Below, piece after piece: positions 1 to 10,773 of a DNA stretch of 64,000 nt. The position numbers were made by a program, and so were the translations under genes. Every line of letters begins with the position of its first letter. The stretch's first letter is position 1. Source of the stretch: a virus. Below the pieces are notes generated by a model. That model saw only the letters and a program-made list of their open reading frames with translations, had not been told where the DNA came from and made no database searches. The stretch lies in IMG/VR virus record IMGVR_UViG_3300010391_001464, positions 1 through 64,000 of that record. One strand, written 5' to 3'.

Positions 1-1
1 A

Positions 2-637
2 AATAAATATGGTCATTCACCATTAACTATAAAGGTTATTAATTATTTAAATGAAAAATGTTCATATTGTTTTGAAAAGTATTTGATCGAATTAATAGGG
101 AGAAGAGATTTAAGTTTAGGACCTTTGACAAATCTTACAAATGGTGGGGAAGGAATGTCAGGATGGAAAAGAAAAACTCCTATATCAGAAGAAACTAGAA
201 AAAAACTTAGATCATTTAGAATAGGAAAGAAACATACGAAAGAAACAATAGAAAAAATTAAAAGAAATCATAAAGGTTTTAAAGGTAGAAAACATACAAA
301 AGAATCAAAAGAAAAAATAAGTTATTCAGTACCTAATAGAAGTGGTGTTAATAATCCAATGTATGGAAAGAAACAAAAAATTGAAACAATAGAAAAAATT
401 AAAAATATTCTTAAAGGAAAATTTATAGGAAAAAATAATCCTATGTTTTCTAAGAAGCATAATGTTAAATCTATAAATAAAATGAAAGAAAAGAAAAGAG
501 GGCTAAATAATCCAACTTTTAACAAAATAATGATTAATAATTATATTATAAATAAATATATTAAAAAAGAAGAATTACAAAAATATTTAGATTCTGGGTG
601 GATTAAAGGAAAAATAAAAATATTAATTAATAATTAG
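2..637 (+). CDS. GIY-YIG-type homing endonuclease with NUMOD3 repeats (5' partial)
   Basis: Frame is open from base 2 (NKYGHSPL...EKYLIELIGRRDLSLGPLTNLTNGGEG). GRRDL..GPLTNLT.GGEG is the usual end of this nuclease domain, followed by basic repeats GKKHTKETIEKI, GRKHTKESKEKI and NNPMYGKK. Confidence 0.75.
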   Translation, partial: NKYGHSPLTIKVINYLNEKCSYCFEKYLIELIGRRDLSLGPLTNLTNGGEGMSGWKRKTPISEETRKKLRSFRIGKKHTKETIEKIKRNHKGFKGRKHTKESKEKISYSVPNRSGVNNPMYGKKQKIETIEKIKNILKGKFIGKNNPMFSKKHNVKSINKMKEKKRGLNNPTFNKIMINNYIINKYIKKEELQKYLDSGWIKGKIKILINN

Positions 638-650
638 AACAAATAATAAA
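636..650 (+). promoter_or_regulatory. Putative phage promoter, class A (AGAACAAATAATAAA)
   Basis: AGAACA-(A/T-rich)-TA motif upstream of the RNAP set 1 operon; recurs at 8692, 34392, 51722 and 59948. Confidence 0.45.
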
Positions 651-676
651 TTATATATTGATGGGAGGAACATTCT

Positions 677-1042
677 ATGAATCATAAACTTAAAAAACAA
701 TTAACAATTATTGAACAAACCATGATTAATTTAACCTCATTAGTAGATCCTATAAAGGATGAAAAAGAGTTTGAACATATCATAAATAAAAAATTTAGAG
801 ACAAATTCATAAATGATAAACCAGAATGTTTTCTCCCTCTTTCTATTATAAATAAAGGAATTAGGCCATTTTTTCCAATATGTAATAGATCAGGTGCACA
901 AGATCAAAAGCTTATAGATATTTCAAGAAAACTAGCTGACAAATTATTAGGAGATGAAAGATTTGATCAAAAACAACTCAAGAATGTATTAATAAAATTA
1001 AATCTAATGAGAAAGCAAGGGAGTGGTTTAGGACCTATATAA
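677..1042 (+). CDS. Hypothetical protein heading the RNAP set 1 operon
   Basis: 121-aa ORF, strong RBS GGGAGGA, ends 3 nt before the beta' gene. Confidence 0.7.
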   Translation: MNHKLKKQLTIIEQTMINLTSLVDPIKDEKEFEHIINKKFRDKFINDKPECFLPLSIINKGIRPFFPICNRSGAQDQKLIDISRKLADKLLGDERFDQKQLKNVLIKLNLMRKQGSGLGPI

Positions 1043-1045
1043 AAT

Positions 1046-4000
1046 ATGATTAAATTTTTAAATTTGAGAAATTACATAAGAACTCTTGATCCTGTTACTA
1101 CAACAGATTTTTTAACTAGAGAAGGTGCTTGGCATGATGAAGGTTTATTTTCTGAAAAAATATTCGGTGCAGATGGTACAATGGATAGAAAAAATAAACA
1201 ATCATATATAAATCTAAATGCTAAAGTTATACATCCATCAGCATTAAAAGTTTTACATCAACTAGACCAAAAAATTAAAAAATTTATATCAACTGAAGCA
1301 TCATTCTCATTAGATAAAAATGGAGTTTTAATTGAAGATCCAAAAGGTGTTACAGGTATTAAAGAATTTATTAAAATATTTCCTAAAATAAAATTTAGGG
1401 GAGAAACTAAAACTAGAGAAAAATATATTAAATTATTAGAAGAAGCATATGAAAATGAACTTTTATTTATTCAATATCTTCCAGTAATTCCTCCAGATTT
1501 TAGACCAGCATATCGTGATGAAAGAAATCAATTAGTTATTGATAAATTAAATGAAGTATATCTTACTGTCATAAGAAGAGCATTTCAAATGAAATCTTCT
1601 GGTTCTGGTCCATTATATGACCTTCTTAATTTTGGGCTGCAGTCAGCAGTAATAGATCATGATAATTATATAAGATTAAAGCTTCAAAAAAAACAAGGAT
1701 TGATTAGACAACAAATTTTAGGTAAAAGAATTGACTTTTCAGGAAGAGCTGTTATTACCCCAGATCCAATTTTAAAAATAAATGAGATAGGTATACCTTT
1801 CAGAATAGCAGTTGCTATTTTTGAACCATTTGTCATTTTTCAACTTTTACACTCTGGAAAAACTGACAAGGCTGAGTTACAAAAAGAAATTAAAGGTTAT
1901 ACTAACATAGATTTATCTATAGAAACTATACATAGTATATTTAAATCTATAAAACAAGGTGATAAAATTCCAGATGGTTTATATAATATTTTCTTTGAAG
2001 CAACTAAACTTGCAATGGAAGGAAGAGTAGTTTTAGCTAAAAGAGATCCGGTTCTACAGGCTGAATCATATAGAGGTTTTAATCCAATTTTAACCAAAGG
2101 TGATACTATTACAATTTGCAACTTACAAGTTGGTGGATTTAATGCTGACTTTGATGGAGATCAAATGGCAATATATCATCCACTATCAGATGAAGCTCAA
2201 GATGAAGTTAAACAAAAACTTATGAGAGTTGAAACTGGTATTTCATCAAATTCTATAAACTTTGGCTTATCTAAAGAAATGTGGGTAGGTTTATATATAC
2301 TTACAAAAAATGTGGGGATTAAAAATTCAGCTCTTGAAATTACTAATGATGATATGTCTTCTATAAAGGATCCATATATTACTGTAAAATATAGAGGAAA
2401 AATAACTACTGCAGGAAAGGCTATTTTTAATAGCTGTTTTCCCCAGGACTATCCTTTTATTTTTGATCAATCTACTAAAAAATTAATATCTAAAGAAATT
2501 TTAAATATTATAACTAAGTATAGTTCTGATGTAGCTAGAGAAGTTACATATAAATTAGAACAAGTAGCATTTAAATGGGCAACAATAATTGCTCCAAGTA
2601 TCTCAATTAAAAATTTAATTCTTCCTAAAGAAATTATGGATTTAAAAATTATTTTGAATAAATCTACAAGTATAGAAGAAGCAGATAAAATTATAGCTAG
2701 TGCTAAATCTAAAATTGAAATATTTTTAAAGGATACTGGATTTGGAGATATTGTAGAATCAGATGCTGCAAAGGGATGGGATCAACCTACTCAAATCCTA
2801 TTTGCAAAAGGTATTATTTCTGATCCTACTGGAGAAAAACTTTCAGTAATAAAAGGATCATTTTCTGACGGTCTATCAAATGTAGATTTTTTTGATGCAG
2901 CATCAGGAGCAAGAAAAGGTATTATGGACAGAGTTCTAAATACTGCTGATACCGGTTATATGTCAAGAAAACTTGCATATTTATTAAATACTGTAGAAGT
3001 TGATAGACAACTAATAAATTGTAATACTAAAAGAACATTAGATTTAAAAATGGACTCTGATTTAGCAAATAGATTAACAGGTAGATTTGTGATTAAAAAT
3101 GGTAAAACACAAGAGTTTGATAAATCTATGTATAAAGATGGAGATACAATAAGATTAAAAAGTCCAGTTTTTTGTGAAAGTCCAAAATTATGTCATACAT
3201 GTTATGGTAGATTAATTGAAAGACACAGAAGTCCATATGTTGGAATTATAGCTGCCCAGATTATAGGTGAACGTGGTACTCAGTTGATAATGAGGACATT
3301 TCATACAGGTGGAGCAGTAACAATTATTAAGAAAAATATAATTAATGATATTATTAGTAATGATCCTTTAGTTACAAAAGATATAGTTATTAAAAATTTA
3401 TCTCAAAAAGAAAATCAATTAATAGCAGAAAATGATTGTTCTTTACTTCTAGATTTAACAGATGATTATACTGAAAATGAAAACCTGATAATAGATGAAG
3501 AAAAAGGAACAATATGGGTAAAAAGTATAATCTCAAAAATTGAATTCAAGGATTCTTTTTTTAATCTAATTTTAGATTATCCTTGTGAAATTGAAATTAA
3601 AGAAATGAATAAAGTAAATAAAGAGTCTATAAGATTAAATTTTAAATCTAGAGAAATGATACTTATTGCATCATTAGAAGCCGCAGAATTAAAAGGTCAA
3701 ATATTATATGTTGAAAGATTGATAAGCGGTAGAGAATTAGTTAAAGATCCCTCACACTTATTTAGAAAACTTATGAGAGTTTATGCACCTACTAGTAGTA
3801 TAGATGCAGTTCATTTAGAGGTTTTAGTATCACAATGTCAAAGGTATAGAGAAGACCCTAGATTTCCAGCTCGACTTGGTAAAGTTTGGGATCCTATAAC
3901 TATTAATATGAAACAAGTAATATTTAATGAAGGATTTATACAAGGTTTAGCTTTTGAGAATATAAATAACGCTATAAGTCAGGGGTTAATAGGAGAGGAC

Positions 4001-4069
4001 AAACCAGAAAATTCGGTTCTAGAGAAACTACTTCTTGGTACATTAGTGACAAAGGAGAAACGAAAATAA
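1046..4069 (+). CDS. rpoC: DNA-directed RNA polymerase beta'-like subunit (set 1)
   Basis: GLFSEKIFG, PVIPPDFRP, LGKRIDFSGRAVI, catalytic FNADFDGDQM, bridge helix TADTGYMSRKL, CHTCYG, trigger loop GERGTQLIMRTFHTGG. Confidence 0.97.
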   Translation: MIKFLNLRNYIRTLDPVTTTDFLTREGAWHDEGLFSEKIFGADGTMDRKNKQSYINLNAKVIHPSALKVLHQLDQKIKKFISTEASFSLDKNGVLIEDPKGVTGIKEFIKIFPKIKFRGETKTREKYIKLLEEAYENELLFIQYLPVIPPDFRPAYRDERNQLVIDKLNEVYLTVIRRAFQMKSSGSGPLYDLLNFGLQSAVIDHDNYIRLKLQKKQGLIRQQILGKRIDFSGRAVITPDPILKINEIGIPFRIAVAIFEPFVIFQLLHSGKTDKAELQKEIKGYTNIDLSIETIHSIFKSIKQGDKIPDGLYNIFFEATKLAMEGRVVLAKRDPVLQAESYRGFNPILTKGDTITICNLQVGGFNADFDGDQMAIYHPLSDEAQDEVKQKLMRVETGISSNSINFGLSKEMWVGLYILTKNVGIKNSALEITNDDMSSIKDPYITVKYRGKITTAGKAIFNSCFPQDYPFIFDQSTKKLISKEILNIITKYSSDVAREVTYKLEQVAFKWATIIAPSISIKNLILPKEIMDLKIILNKSTSIEEADKIIASAKSKIEIFLKDTGFGDIVESDAAKGWDQPTQILFAKGIISDPTGEKLSVIKGSFSDGLSNVDFFDAASGARKGIMDRVLNTADTGYMSRKLAYLLNTVEVDRQLINCNTKRTLDLKMDSDLANRLTGRFVIKNGKTQEFDKSMYKDGDTIRLKSPVFCESPKLCHTCYGRLIERHRSPYVGIIAAQIIGERGTQLIMRTFHTGGAVTIIKKNIINDIISNDPLVTKDIVIKNLSQKENQLIAENDCSLLLDLTDDYTENENLIIDEEKGTIWVKSIISKIEFKDSFFNLILDYPCEIEIKEMNKVNKESIRLNFKSREMILIASLEAAELKGQILYVERLISGRELVKDPSHLFRKLMRVYAPTSSIDAVHLEVLVSQCQRYREDPRFPARLGKVWDPITINMKQVIFNEGFIQGLAFENINNAISQGLIGEDKPENSVLEKLLLGTLVTKEKRK

Positions 4070-5466
4070 TGATAGTATTTAATTTAATTAGGCAATATTC
4101 CCAAAAAGTATCTCAGATCAAATTTCCAACAGATAAAGACCACCCTTTTTTTATTTCTTATTTAAGTGAGAATTCTACATTTGTTGAAGATTTACCTAAA
4201 TTAAAATTAAGATGGATTGATTTACATGATGTATTTATACCGTATACTAAAATTCCTTTCACTAAATATAAACCACAAGAAGATAGAAAAGGTTTTAGAG
4301 ACCTAAAATGGTTTCCACATTCAACTAATGAAAAAGTTCCATCTGGGAAGAGTATAGTATTTGATTACTCAAAATTTATAAAAGAAATTGAGAAAAAATT
4401 TAATCCAAAAACTTGGAGAATGAGAGCAGGAAATCTTTTAAAAAATATGGTAGTTAAATCTTTTTCTACAGTTCCTGACAATTATAAAAAAGTTTTATTA
4501 TATTCAATTGATACTTCAAAACCTCATAGAGATTTTATGGATAGAAAAATATTTCCCATTTTACTTCAAATAAGGGACGGAATTTTACCATATGATCATT
4601 TACTTTTATGTGTTATAAATGGTAATAGTTGTTATTATAGATTGATTATTAAAGACAGACAAGTAAATATTGGAAGAGCTAGGGCTTTATTAAGAAATAT
4701 AGCATTTGAAGACTCAGATAGTGATTCAGATACTGAAGAAGTTAAACAAGTTGCTGATATTATTTCTAAAAAAGTTGAAATTCATATTAAACCAGAAAAT
4801 AAAGAAAAAGTACATTCTATAGTAAAATTATATTTATCTAGGCAGCCAGAGGAAATAGAGAAAGTATTATCTAGTGAAGATCTTTCTGATTATCAAGCAG
4901 TACAAATAACTACTTCTGCATTACTTACATCTTTGCAAGGAAGTTCAAGAAGAGCTAAAGTTATATCAAAAAATATACCAAATGAGAAGAAAGTATCTGC
5001 TTTAAAAACAATAGATAAAAATCTAATAGATGAAATTCTTAAACCACAGAAGGCAATATCTACTTCATCCGAGATAATAGTTCAAGTTATAAATCCTTCA
5101 AAAGCTGTAGACGAAAAAACTCCAACTCATATCTTTGATAAAAGACAAATAGATTTTAAAACAAATCTTAAAAAAGATGTCGAAAATATATTTAATGTTC
5201 TTAAAGTAAAAGATATGCCTTTATTTGTTGATAAAATTGAAATATTAGACAAACCGTCGAAAAGTACTGAAATTGCAAAATCAGATGAAAGTACTATTGA
5301 AGCTAATCTAAAGGACTCGGAGGGAAAGATACATAAAGTTAAAATAGATATTCCTAAAATAAATCTAGATGGTACCTTTACAGTTAATGGTAGAAAGAAA
5401 TGTTTAGTTAACCAAATTATTTTAATACCTATAACATTTCCTAAGCTATATGAAAGTAGATTTTGA
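4069..5466 (+). CDS. rpoB: RNA polymerase beta-like subunit (set 1), N-terminal part with ~400-aa extension; apparently frameshifted into 5450-8179
   Basis: Ends with IPKINLDGTFTVNGRKKCLVNQ, the beta N-terminal GxFxINGxE/K segment. Removing one T from the T4 run at 5461-5464 fuses it in frame with the next ORF. Confidence 0.75.
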   Translation: MIVFNLIRQYSQKVSQIKFPTDKDHPFFISYLSENSTFVEDLPKLKLRWIDLHDVFIPYTKIPFTKYKPQEDRKGFRDLKWFPHSTNEKVPSGKSIVFDYSKFIKEIEKKFNPKTWRMRAGNLLKNMVVKSFSTVPDNYKKVLLYSIDTSKPHRDFMDRKIFPILLQIRDGILPYDHLLLCVINGNSCYYRLIIKDRQVNIGRARALLRNIAFEDSDSDSDTEEVKQVADIISKKVEIHIKPENKEKVHSIVKLYLSRQPEEIEKVLSSEDLSDYQAVQITTSALLTSLQGSSRRAKVISKNIPNEKKVSALKTIDKNLIDEILKPQKAISTSSEIIVQVINPSKAVDEKTPTHIFDKRQIDFKTNLKKDVENIFNVLKVKDMPLFVDKIEILDKPSKSTEIAKSDESTIEANLKDSEGKIHKVKIDIPKINLDGTFTVNGRKKCLVNQIILIPITFPKLYESRF

Positions 5467-8179
5467 ATCATTTTATGCAACATTTAGAATCAACAGTGTA
5501 AGAACTAAAAGAGAAAGTTATTTAATATCTTACATGGGTTCTTATTGGATTCCATTATTTTTAATATTATCATATGCATTTGGTTTTGATGAAGTATGTA
5601 AAAAATATGGTATAACATATTCGATAACTCAAATAAAACCAAAGAAAACAGTTCTATTTCATTCTAGACTTGATAAAGATAATTATATAATTTTTGGAAA
5701 TATAGATACTACACTTAAGGAAGAATTATGTCAGTCGTTTGTGCATGCCAATATTTATAAATTAGGAATTAAAAAAGAATTTAATTCAGAAGGATATTTT
5801 ACTGAAGTAATTACAGAATATACTGGAAGAATTAATTCTACATATAGAATTGAAGAACAAGTAGACAATATAGTAGACCCAGTTTCTAAACAAATCCTTA
5901 TAAATAAACAACTACCATTTAAACTAGAAGAAATTATGTACTATATGTCTTCTAAAGTTATTAATGGATTTAAACAAGATAGAAATGATCTAGAACAACA
6001 AAGGATAAGAAACTCAGAAGTTTTAGTTCATTTAATTTTAAAACAAATCTTAGCATCATATACTACATATAAAGAACAGATTTTATCTGGAAATAAAAAA
6101 GCAAAATTTGAGTTATCTCAATCTGAAGTATTAAATACATTTATAAATAATTCACAAATAGTTGTTGATATGGAATATGCTAATCCAGTAGAAGAAATGT
6201 CTACTATGACAAGGGTATCACCGGTAGGTAAGAATGTTGGTGGTATTCCAGACAAAAGATCATTACAAAATGATGCAAGAAATGTTCATGATAGTTATTT
6301 TGGAAATATAGATCCTTTAGATACTCCAGAAGCAGAAAATGTTGGTATAGTACAACATCTGACAGTAGATGCATTTATAACTTCTTCTAGGGGACTGTTT
6401 AGTAAAAAAGAAAAAAATAATAATATTAAATCAGGTATGTTATCAACGAGCGTTTCCTTGATTCCATTTGTTGAAAATAATGATGGTGCTAGAGTAATGC
6501 TTGGTGCAAACCAGGGAAGACAAACTATACCGTTAAAAAATCCAGAACCTCCTTTAGTACAATCAGGATATGAATCTTTATTAACTAATGTATTATCTGA
6601 AAATTTTATAAAAAGAGCACCATGTGACGGAAAAATTATTAAAATTACTAGTGATTATTTAATAATGACATGTAATGACGGAAAATCAAAAATTGAAATT
6701 CTTTTAACACCATCTCATTTAAGATCTGGATCTGGAAAAAATACATTAAGTGTATTTAAACCAGTAGTTGTAGATAATCAAAGTGTTAAAAAAGGTCAAA
6801 TTTTAGCGGAAGGTAGTTTTATATCACAAGGTTCTATATCATTAGGAAGAACTTTACTAACTGCTATAATGCCATATAAAGGATATAATTTCGAAGATGG
6901 TATTGTAATTAGTGAAAGTTTAGCAAATAGTGATAAGTTAACATCTCTCCACGGAATTCAAATTGATATAACTATTTCAGAAAAAGATAAATTAATTTTT
7001 ATTAATAAATTGGGTAAAGAAACAATTAAAGGAGAACCCTTACTAAGAAAAGTTGCTGGAGAATTAGGTGAAATAATAGGATTTGAAGATGAAGAAGCTG
7101 GACAAGAAATGGCTGCAGGTCAATTAATTAAAAAATCTCCTGGAGGTAAAATAGTAGACATTGAAGTTTTCTCTAATGTTTTTGATTCTAAATTCCCACA
7201 ATTAAAAGAATTATCAATAAGAACTGATAAAAGATATAAAAGAGATAGTAACGAAAAATATACTGAAAAGGGAATACCTATAGATGGTATCTTAGTAAGA
7301 TTTAAAATTGAGCAAGAGATGACTATTGGAATTGGAGACAAACTTACTAATAGACATGGTGCTAAAGGTATTATTTCATATATTGAAAAAGATGAAAATA
7401 TGCCAATAACTCCGTGGGGAGAGAAAGTAGATATTATAGTAAATCCAATTGGTATTATAGGAAGAATGAATGTTGGGCAATTATATGAACTATACACAGG
7501 TTTAATATGTAGATCATTAGCATATAAAATTAGCCTATTAAATGATAAAAATAAAGTAATTCCAATTTTAGATAAGGTTATGACTATGTTAGACACATCA
7601 AAAAATAAAGAGATGGCTAAAAGATTTATGTTAAATTTTAGATCATTGAGTGATAGACAATTTAAATTATTTATAGATCAAATAAAAAATAGAAAGGGAA
7701 TGTCTTTAATAATTCCTCCATTTAAAGCACCTAGCAATCAAGACTTAATAAAAATCTTAAATTATTTAGACTTGAAACCTGCATATAAATTAAAATTGCC
7801 TGAATTTAATATGAATACTTTTAATGAAGTTCCAGTTGGGTTTATGTACTTTTTAAAATTAGAACATATAGGAAGAGAAAAAATTCATGGAAGAAGTGTT
7901 GGACCTACAGTTGCTAAAACCCAACAACCAACTGCTGGAAAGCAAGCAGAAGGTGGACAGAGAATGGGAGAACTAGATACTTATAGTTTTATAAGTTATA
8001 ATGCATTAAAAACATTAAGTGAATCATTTGGTCCTTTATCTGATGATATAAAATCGAAGAATGAAATGTTGTCTGAAATAGTAACTACTGGACATGCTGA
8101 ATTTAAGGAACCACAGATGGTTCCTGTTAAAGATCTTTTAAATTTTTATTTTACCAGCTTAATTCTTGAGAGGAGATAA
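5450..8179 (+). CDS. rpoB: RNA polymerase beta-like subunit (set 1), main body
   Basis: DPLDTPEAENVG, IPFVENNDGARVMLGANQGRQ, GYNFEDGIVIS, GDKLTNRHGAKG, DIIVNPIGIIGRMNVGQ, GGQRMGELD. Confidence 0.96.
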   Translation: MKVDFESFYATFRINSVRTKRESYLISYMGSYWIPLFLILSYAFGFDEVCKKYGITYSITQIKPKKTVLFHSRLDKDNYIIFGNIDTTLKEELCQSFVHANIYKLGIKKEFNSEGYFTEVITEYTGRINSTYRIEEQVDNIVDPVSKQILINKQLPFKLEEIMYYMSSKVINGFKQDRNDLEQQRIRNSEVLVHLILKQILASYTTYKEQILSGNKKAKFELSQSEVLNTFINNSQIVVDMEYANPVEEMSTMTRVSPVGKNVGGIPDKRSLQNDARNVHDSYFGNIDPLDTPEAENVGIVQHLTVDAFITSSRGLFSKKEKNNNIKSGMLSTSVSLIPFVENNDGARVMLGANQGRQTIPLKNPEPPLVQSGYESLLTNVLSENFIKRAPCDGKIIKITSDYLIMTCNDGKSKIEILLTPSHLRSGSGKNTLSVFKPVVVDNQSVKKGQILAEGSFISQGSISLGRTLLTAIMPYKGYNFEDGIVISESLANSDKLTSLHGIQIDITISEKDKLIFINKLGKETIKGEPLLRKVAGELGEIIGFEDEEAGQEMAAGQLIKKSPGGKIVDIEVFSNVFDSKFPQLKELSIRTDKRYKRDSNEKYTEKGIPIDGILVRFKIEQEMTIGIGDKLTNRHGAKGIISYIEKDENMPITPWGEKVDIIVNPIGIIGRMNVGQLYELYTGLICRSLAYKISLLNDKNKVIPILDKVMTMLDTSKNKEMAKRFMLNFRSLSDRQFKLFIDQIKNRKGMSLIIPPFKAPSNQDLIKILNYLDLKPAYKLKLPEFNMNTFNEVPVGFMYFLKLEHIGREKIHGRSVGPTVAKTQQPTAGKQAEGGQRMGELDTYSFISYNALKTLSESFGPLSDDIKSKNEMLSEIVTTGHAEFKEPQMVPVKDLLNFYFTSLILERR

Positions 8180-8181
8180 AA

Positions 8182-8835
8182 ATGTTAGATAATGAAAGTA
8201 TATTATATGGTCTAGCTACAACTCAACAGCTGGAAATGGATGATGAAGACTTTGATATAGTTAAAAAAAATGCTGAAATACAATATGATTATAATAATCT
8301 TTTAGATTCTATAGGAACATCTGAATTTAAGGAGACTTATTTAAATTTTATAATATCTATTCAATTTTCTCCATTATCAGAACAACAAATATTAGCATCA
8401 AATATATTACAGAAAATACAAGAATTATATAATTATGAGTTTAGTCCGGACCCAGATATTATAACTTCAATACAAATTAAAAGAGTATATGAATTAATTA
8501 GTTTTATAGAATATGATAATAATGATTTTATATCAACAGTATGGCAAAGACTTAACATAGATCTCAAAGATTTTGACTTTAAAGAATTTTGTAAAACCAA
8601 TACTAAAAGAGTAACAAATGCAATAGAAAAAATAGTTTTTGATATGCAATTTGGAACTATGAGTGACGGTATGTTGACTAAAATTTTTTTAAGAACATAT
8701 TATAAAAATGGTTTATTAAATATGTTTTCAAGAATGACAGAAAAGAATAAACAACTTATTATTCTAAAAATGAGAGAAGGAGAACTATATGGAAGCGGAG
8801 AAAAAAGTATCGAAACTAGTAATAAAGAAGGGTAG
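8182..8835 (+). CDS. Hypothetical protein (RNAP set 1 operon)
   Basis: 217-aa ORF coupled to the beta gene, RBS AGGAG. Confidence 0.7.
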   Translation: MLDNESILYGLATTQQLEMDDEDFDIVKKNAEIQYDYNNLLDSIGTSEFKETYLNFIISIQFSPLSEQQILASNILQKIQELYNYEFSPDPDIITSIQIKRVYELISFIEYDNNDFISTVWQRLNIDLKDFDFKEFCKTNTKRVTNAIEKIVFDMQFGTMSDGMLTKIFLRTYYKNGLLNMFSRMTEKNKQLIILKMREGELYGSGEKSIETSNKEG

Positions 8836-9055
8836 TTTTAAGGTAGAATTAAATAAAGACGAAATGATTTCAGTTGAAGCAACACATGATGGTATTGTAT
8901 TTAATTTTAAACAAGGTTTACAATTATATTTTACTGATTCAAATATGCCATCAAATTATAAAAATAGTCTTAAAGCAGCAATAAATCAATATAGTGGATC
9001 AATTGTTACAGTCGATTTAAATAATCCATCAAGAGCAGTAAGCGTAGAAGTTTAA
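8789..9055 (+). CDS. Hypothetical protein
   Basis: 88-aa ORF, RBS GAAGGAG; class A motif at 8692-8706 upstream. Confidence 0.65.
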   Translation: MEAEKKVSKLVIKKGSFKVELNKDEMISVEATHDGIVFNFKQGLQLYFTDSNMPSNYKNSLKAAINQYSGSIVTVDLNNPSRAVSVEV

Positions 9056-9079
9056 AAAATATTATTATCTTAGAATCTT

Positions 9080-9093
9080 TATATATATTAATT
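9080..9093 (+). promoter_or_regulatory. Putative phage promoter, class B (TATATATATTAATT)
   Basis: Identical 14-mer at 43583-43596; both are intergenic and head a gene block. Confidence 0.55.
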
Positions 9094-9206
9094 AGTAGGA
9101 AATATTATTTATTTTAATTTAGAAATAAAGGAGGAGTAGTAATGGTATAATGGTCTTAGTTTTTTGTTCTAAAGTTTATTAATTTATCGAATTGTGAAGG
9201 AGAAAA

Positions 9207-9785
9207 ATGAGTAGTCAAATTGTACTAGAAAAGTTTATTGAAGAGATGAAAGTAGACCTATATCCTGTAACACTTTTAAAGTTCATTCTGAATAAGAAGA
9301 AGATTCTAAAGTATTTTCTTAATGCTAATGATCCAGAGTTTAAATTAAAATCTAATAAACAAATTACAATGGATCATAAAGACTGTGAACTATGTAAGTC
9401 TAAAGAAAGCGAAGGAATTCTCTGTAGGCAACATACATCTATTCATCGTACCATGTCTGCAAAGAAGGTAGTAAAAGATACAGATACAGATATTTATTTT
9501 TTCAAAAATGAAATTTTTAAGAAAACTACAGATAAACTAGTAATAATATATTGTCCTCATACTAAGCTTTTAAAAGGTGAAGTAACGGATGAAAAGGTTA
9601 GAAAAATTAATCCAATTACAATCATAGATAATTCAATTGAGCTTCCTAATTATGAAATAGTAGAAATTTCATCATCTGTATTACTGAATAGTATTTGTCG
9701 TTGTTGGTTTAATAATGAATTTAGTATTTTATCTATACCGAATAATAGTAATAGTTCTGATTGGGCTATTACGTCTAACAAATAA
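9207..9785 (+). CDS. Hypothetical protein with possible Zn-binding motif
   Basis: 192 aa, CELC...LCRQH, RBS GAAGGAG. Confidence 0.65.
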   Translation: MSSQIVLEKFIEEMKVDLYPVTLLKFILNKKKILKYFLNANDPEFKLKSNKQITMDHKDCELCKSKESEGILCRQHTSIHRTMSAKKVVKDTDTDIYFFKNEIFKKTTDKLVIIYCPHTKLLKGEVTDEKVRKINPITIIDNSIELPNYEIVEISSSVLLNSICRCWFNNEFSILSIPNNSNSSDWAITSNK

Positions 9786-9799
9786 TTGGGAGGTTAAAT

Positions 9800-10687
9800 A
9801 TGGGGTATGAAGAAGATTATGCAGGATTAGCTGATTCTGGTTTTGAAGGTGGAAAAGAACAAGTAAAACCAGAAGACGAATTTTTCCATAGTTTGTATAT
9901 TTCAGGAAAACTTAGAAAGAATCATCTTCTAATAGATGAACAACCTGGGAAGTTACAAATTAGAGGTGTTAAATATAACCTCGATGAAGTACATATGATT
10001 ATTACTAATGTAAAGAAGGTTTTAGTAAAAGAAGAGAAAAAGGACGGAAGAGATACAACTACATGTTTCTCATTTAAACAGGGAAATTCACCATATAAAG
10101 GAAATAGCGGTAATACATGTGGATTAAATTCTGCTGAAAGAGCATCTTCGACCTTTTGTTCAATATGTAAGGAACAAATAATTGTCTCTGGAATTCTTAG
10201 TTCAAAAGAAGGAAAACCAGAATTATCACCTGAAAATAAACCGATTTTTGTATTCTTAAGAGCTAAGGGAATGAAGTATTCTAATATTGGAAATTATTTA
10301 TCAGATCTAGTAAAATTGGATTTATCACCTATCATAACTCCAGCAACAGAAGAATCAAAGAAATTTGAGAAAATTGCAGTTAATAATAAAAGATTTGTAA
10401 CTTCAATAAAAGTAGGTACTGCTAATTCAAAACATGGAATTCAGCAAGTATTTGATTTAACTAAGGGAAATCAGCTTAGTGACAATGATGTTAAGAAAAT
10501 TTTAGAAATTGCAAAAAAGACAGTAGAAAAGTTTAATGAAAAATTTGACTGGTCTAAACGATCAAATTCTACATCTACTGGTTATGCTCCTCAAGCTTTA
10601 GCAGAAAATCAATTTGAAAGTAAAAAATCAGAAGAAACAACAAAGAAGGAAAATTCAAATTTTTCTTTTGACGACATTCAGTTTTAG
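9800..10687 (+). CDS. Putative single-stranded DNA-binding protein
   Basis: 295 aa with flexible tail ending in acidic/aromatic FSFDDIQF; replication context; followed by a strong terminator. Confidence 0.6.
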   Translation: MGYEEDYAGLADSGFEGGKEQVKPEDEFFHSLYISGKLRKNHLLIDEQPGKLQIRGVKYNLDEVHMIITNVKKVLVKEEKKDGRDTTTCFSFKQGNSPYKGNSGNTCGLNSAERASSTFCSICKEQIIVSGILSSKEGKPELSPENKPIFVFLRAKGMKYSNIGNYLSDLVKLDLSPIITPATEESKKFEKIAVNNKRFVTSIKVGTANSKHGIQQVFDLTKGNQLSDNDVKKILEIAKKTVEKFNEKFDWSKRSNSTSTGYAPQALAENQFESKKSEETTKKENSNFSFDDIQF

Positions 10688-10704
10688 TAGTAAGGTTATA
10701 ACAT

Positions 10705-10745
10705 AAAATAGAGAAGGGACAATTATCATCCCTTCTCTATTTTCC
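10705..10745 (+). terminator. Intrinsic terminator-like hairpin
   Basis: AAAATAGAGAAGGGA / TCCCTTCTCTATTTT inverted repeat after the SSB gene. Confidence 0.75.
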
Positions 10746-10773
10746 TCTAATAAAAATAAATTACTGAAGGAGA

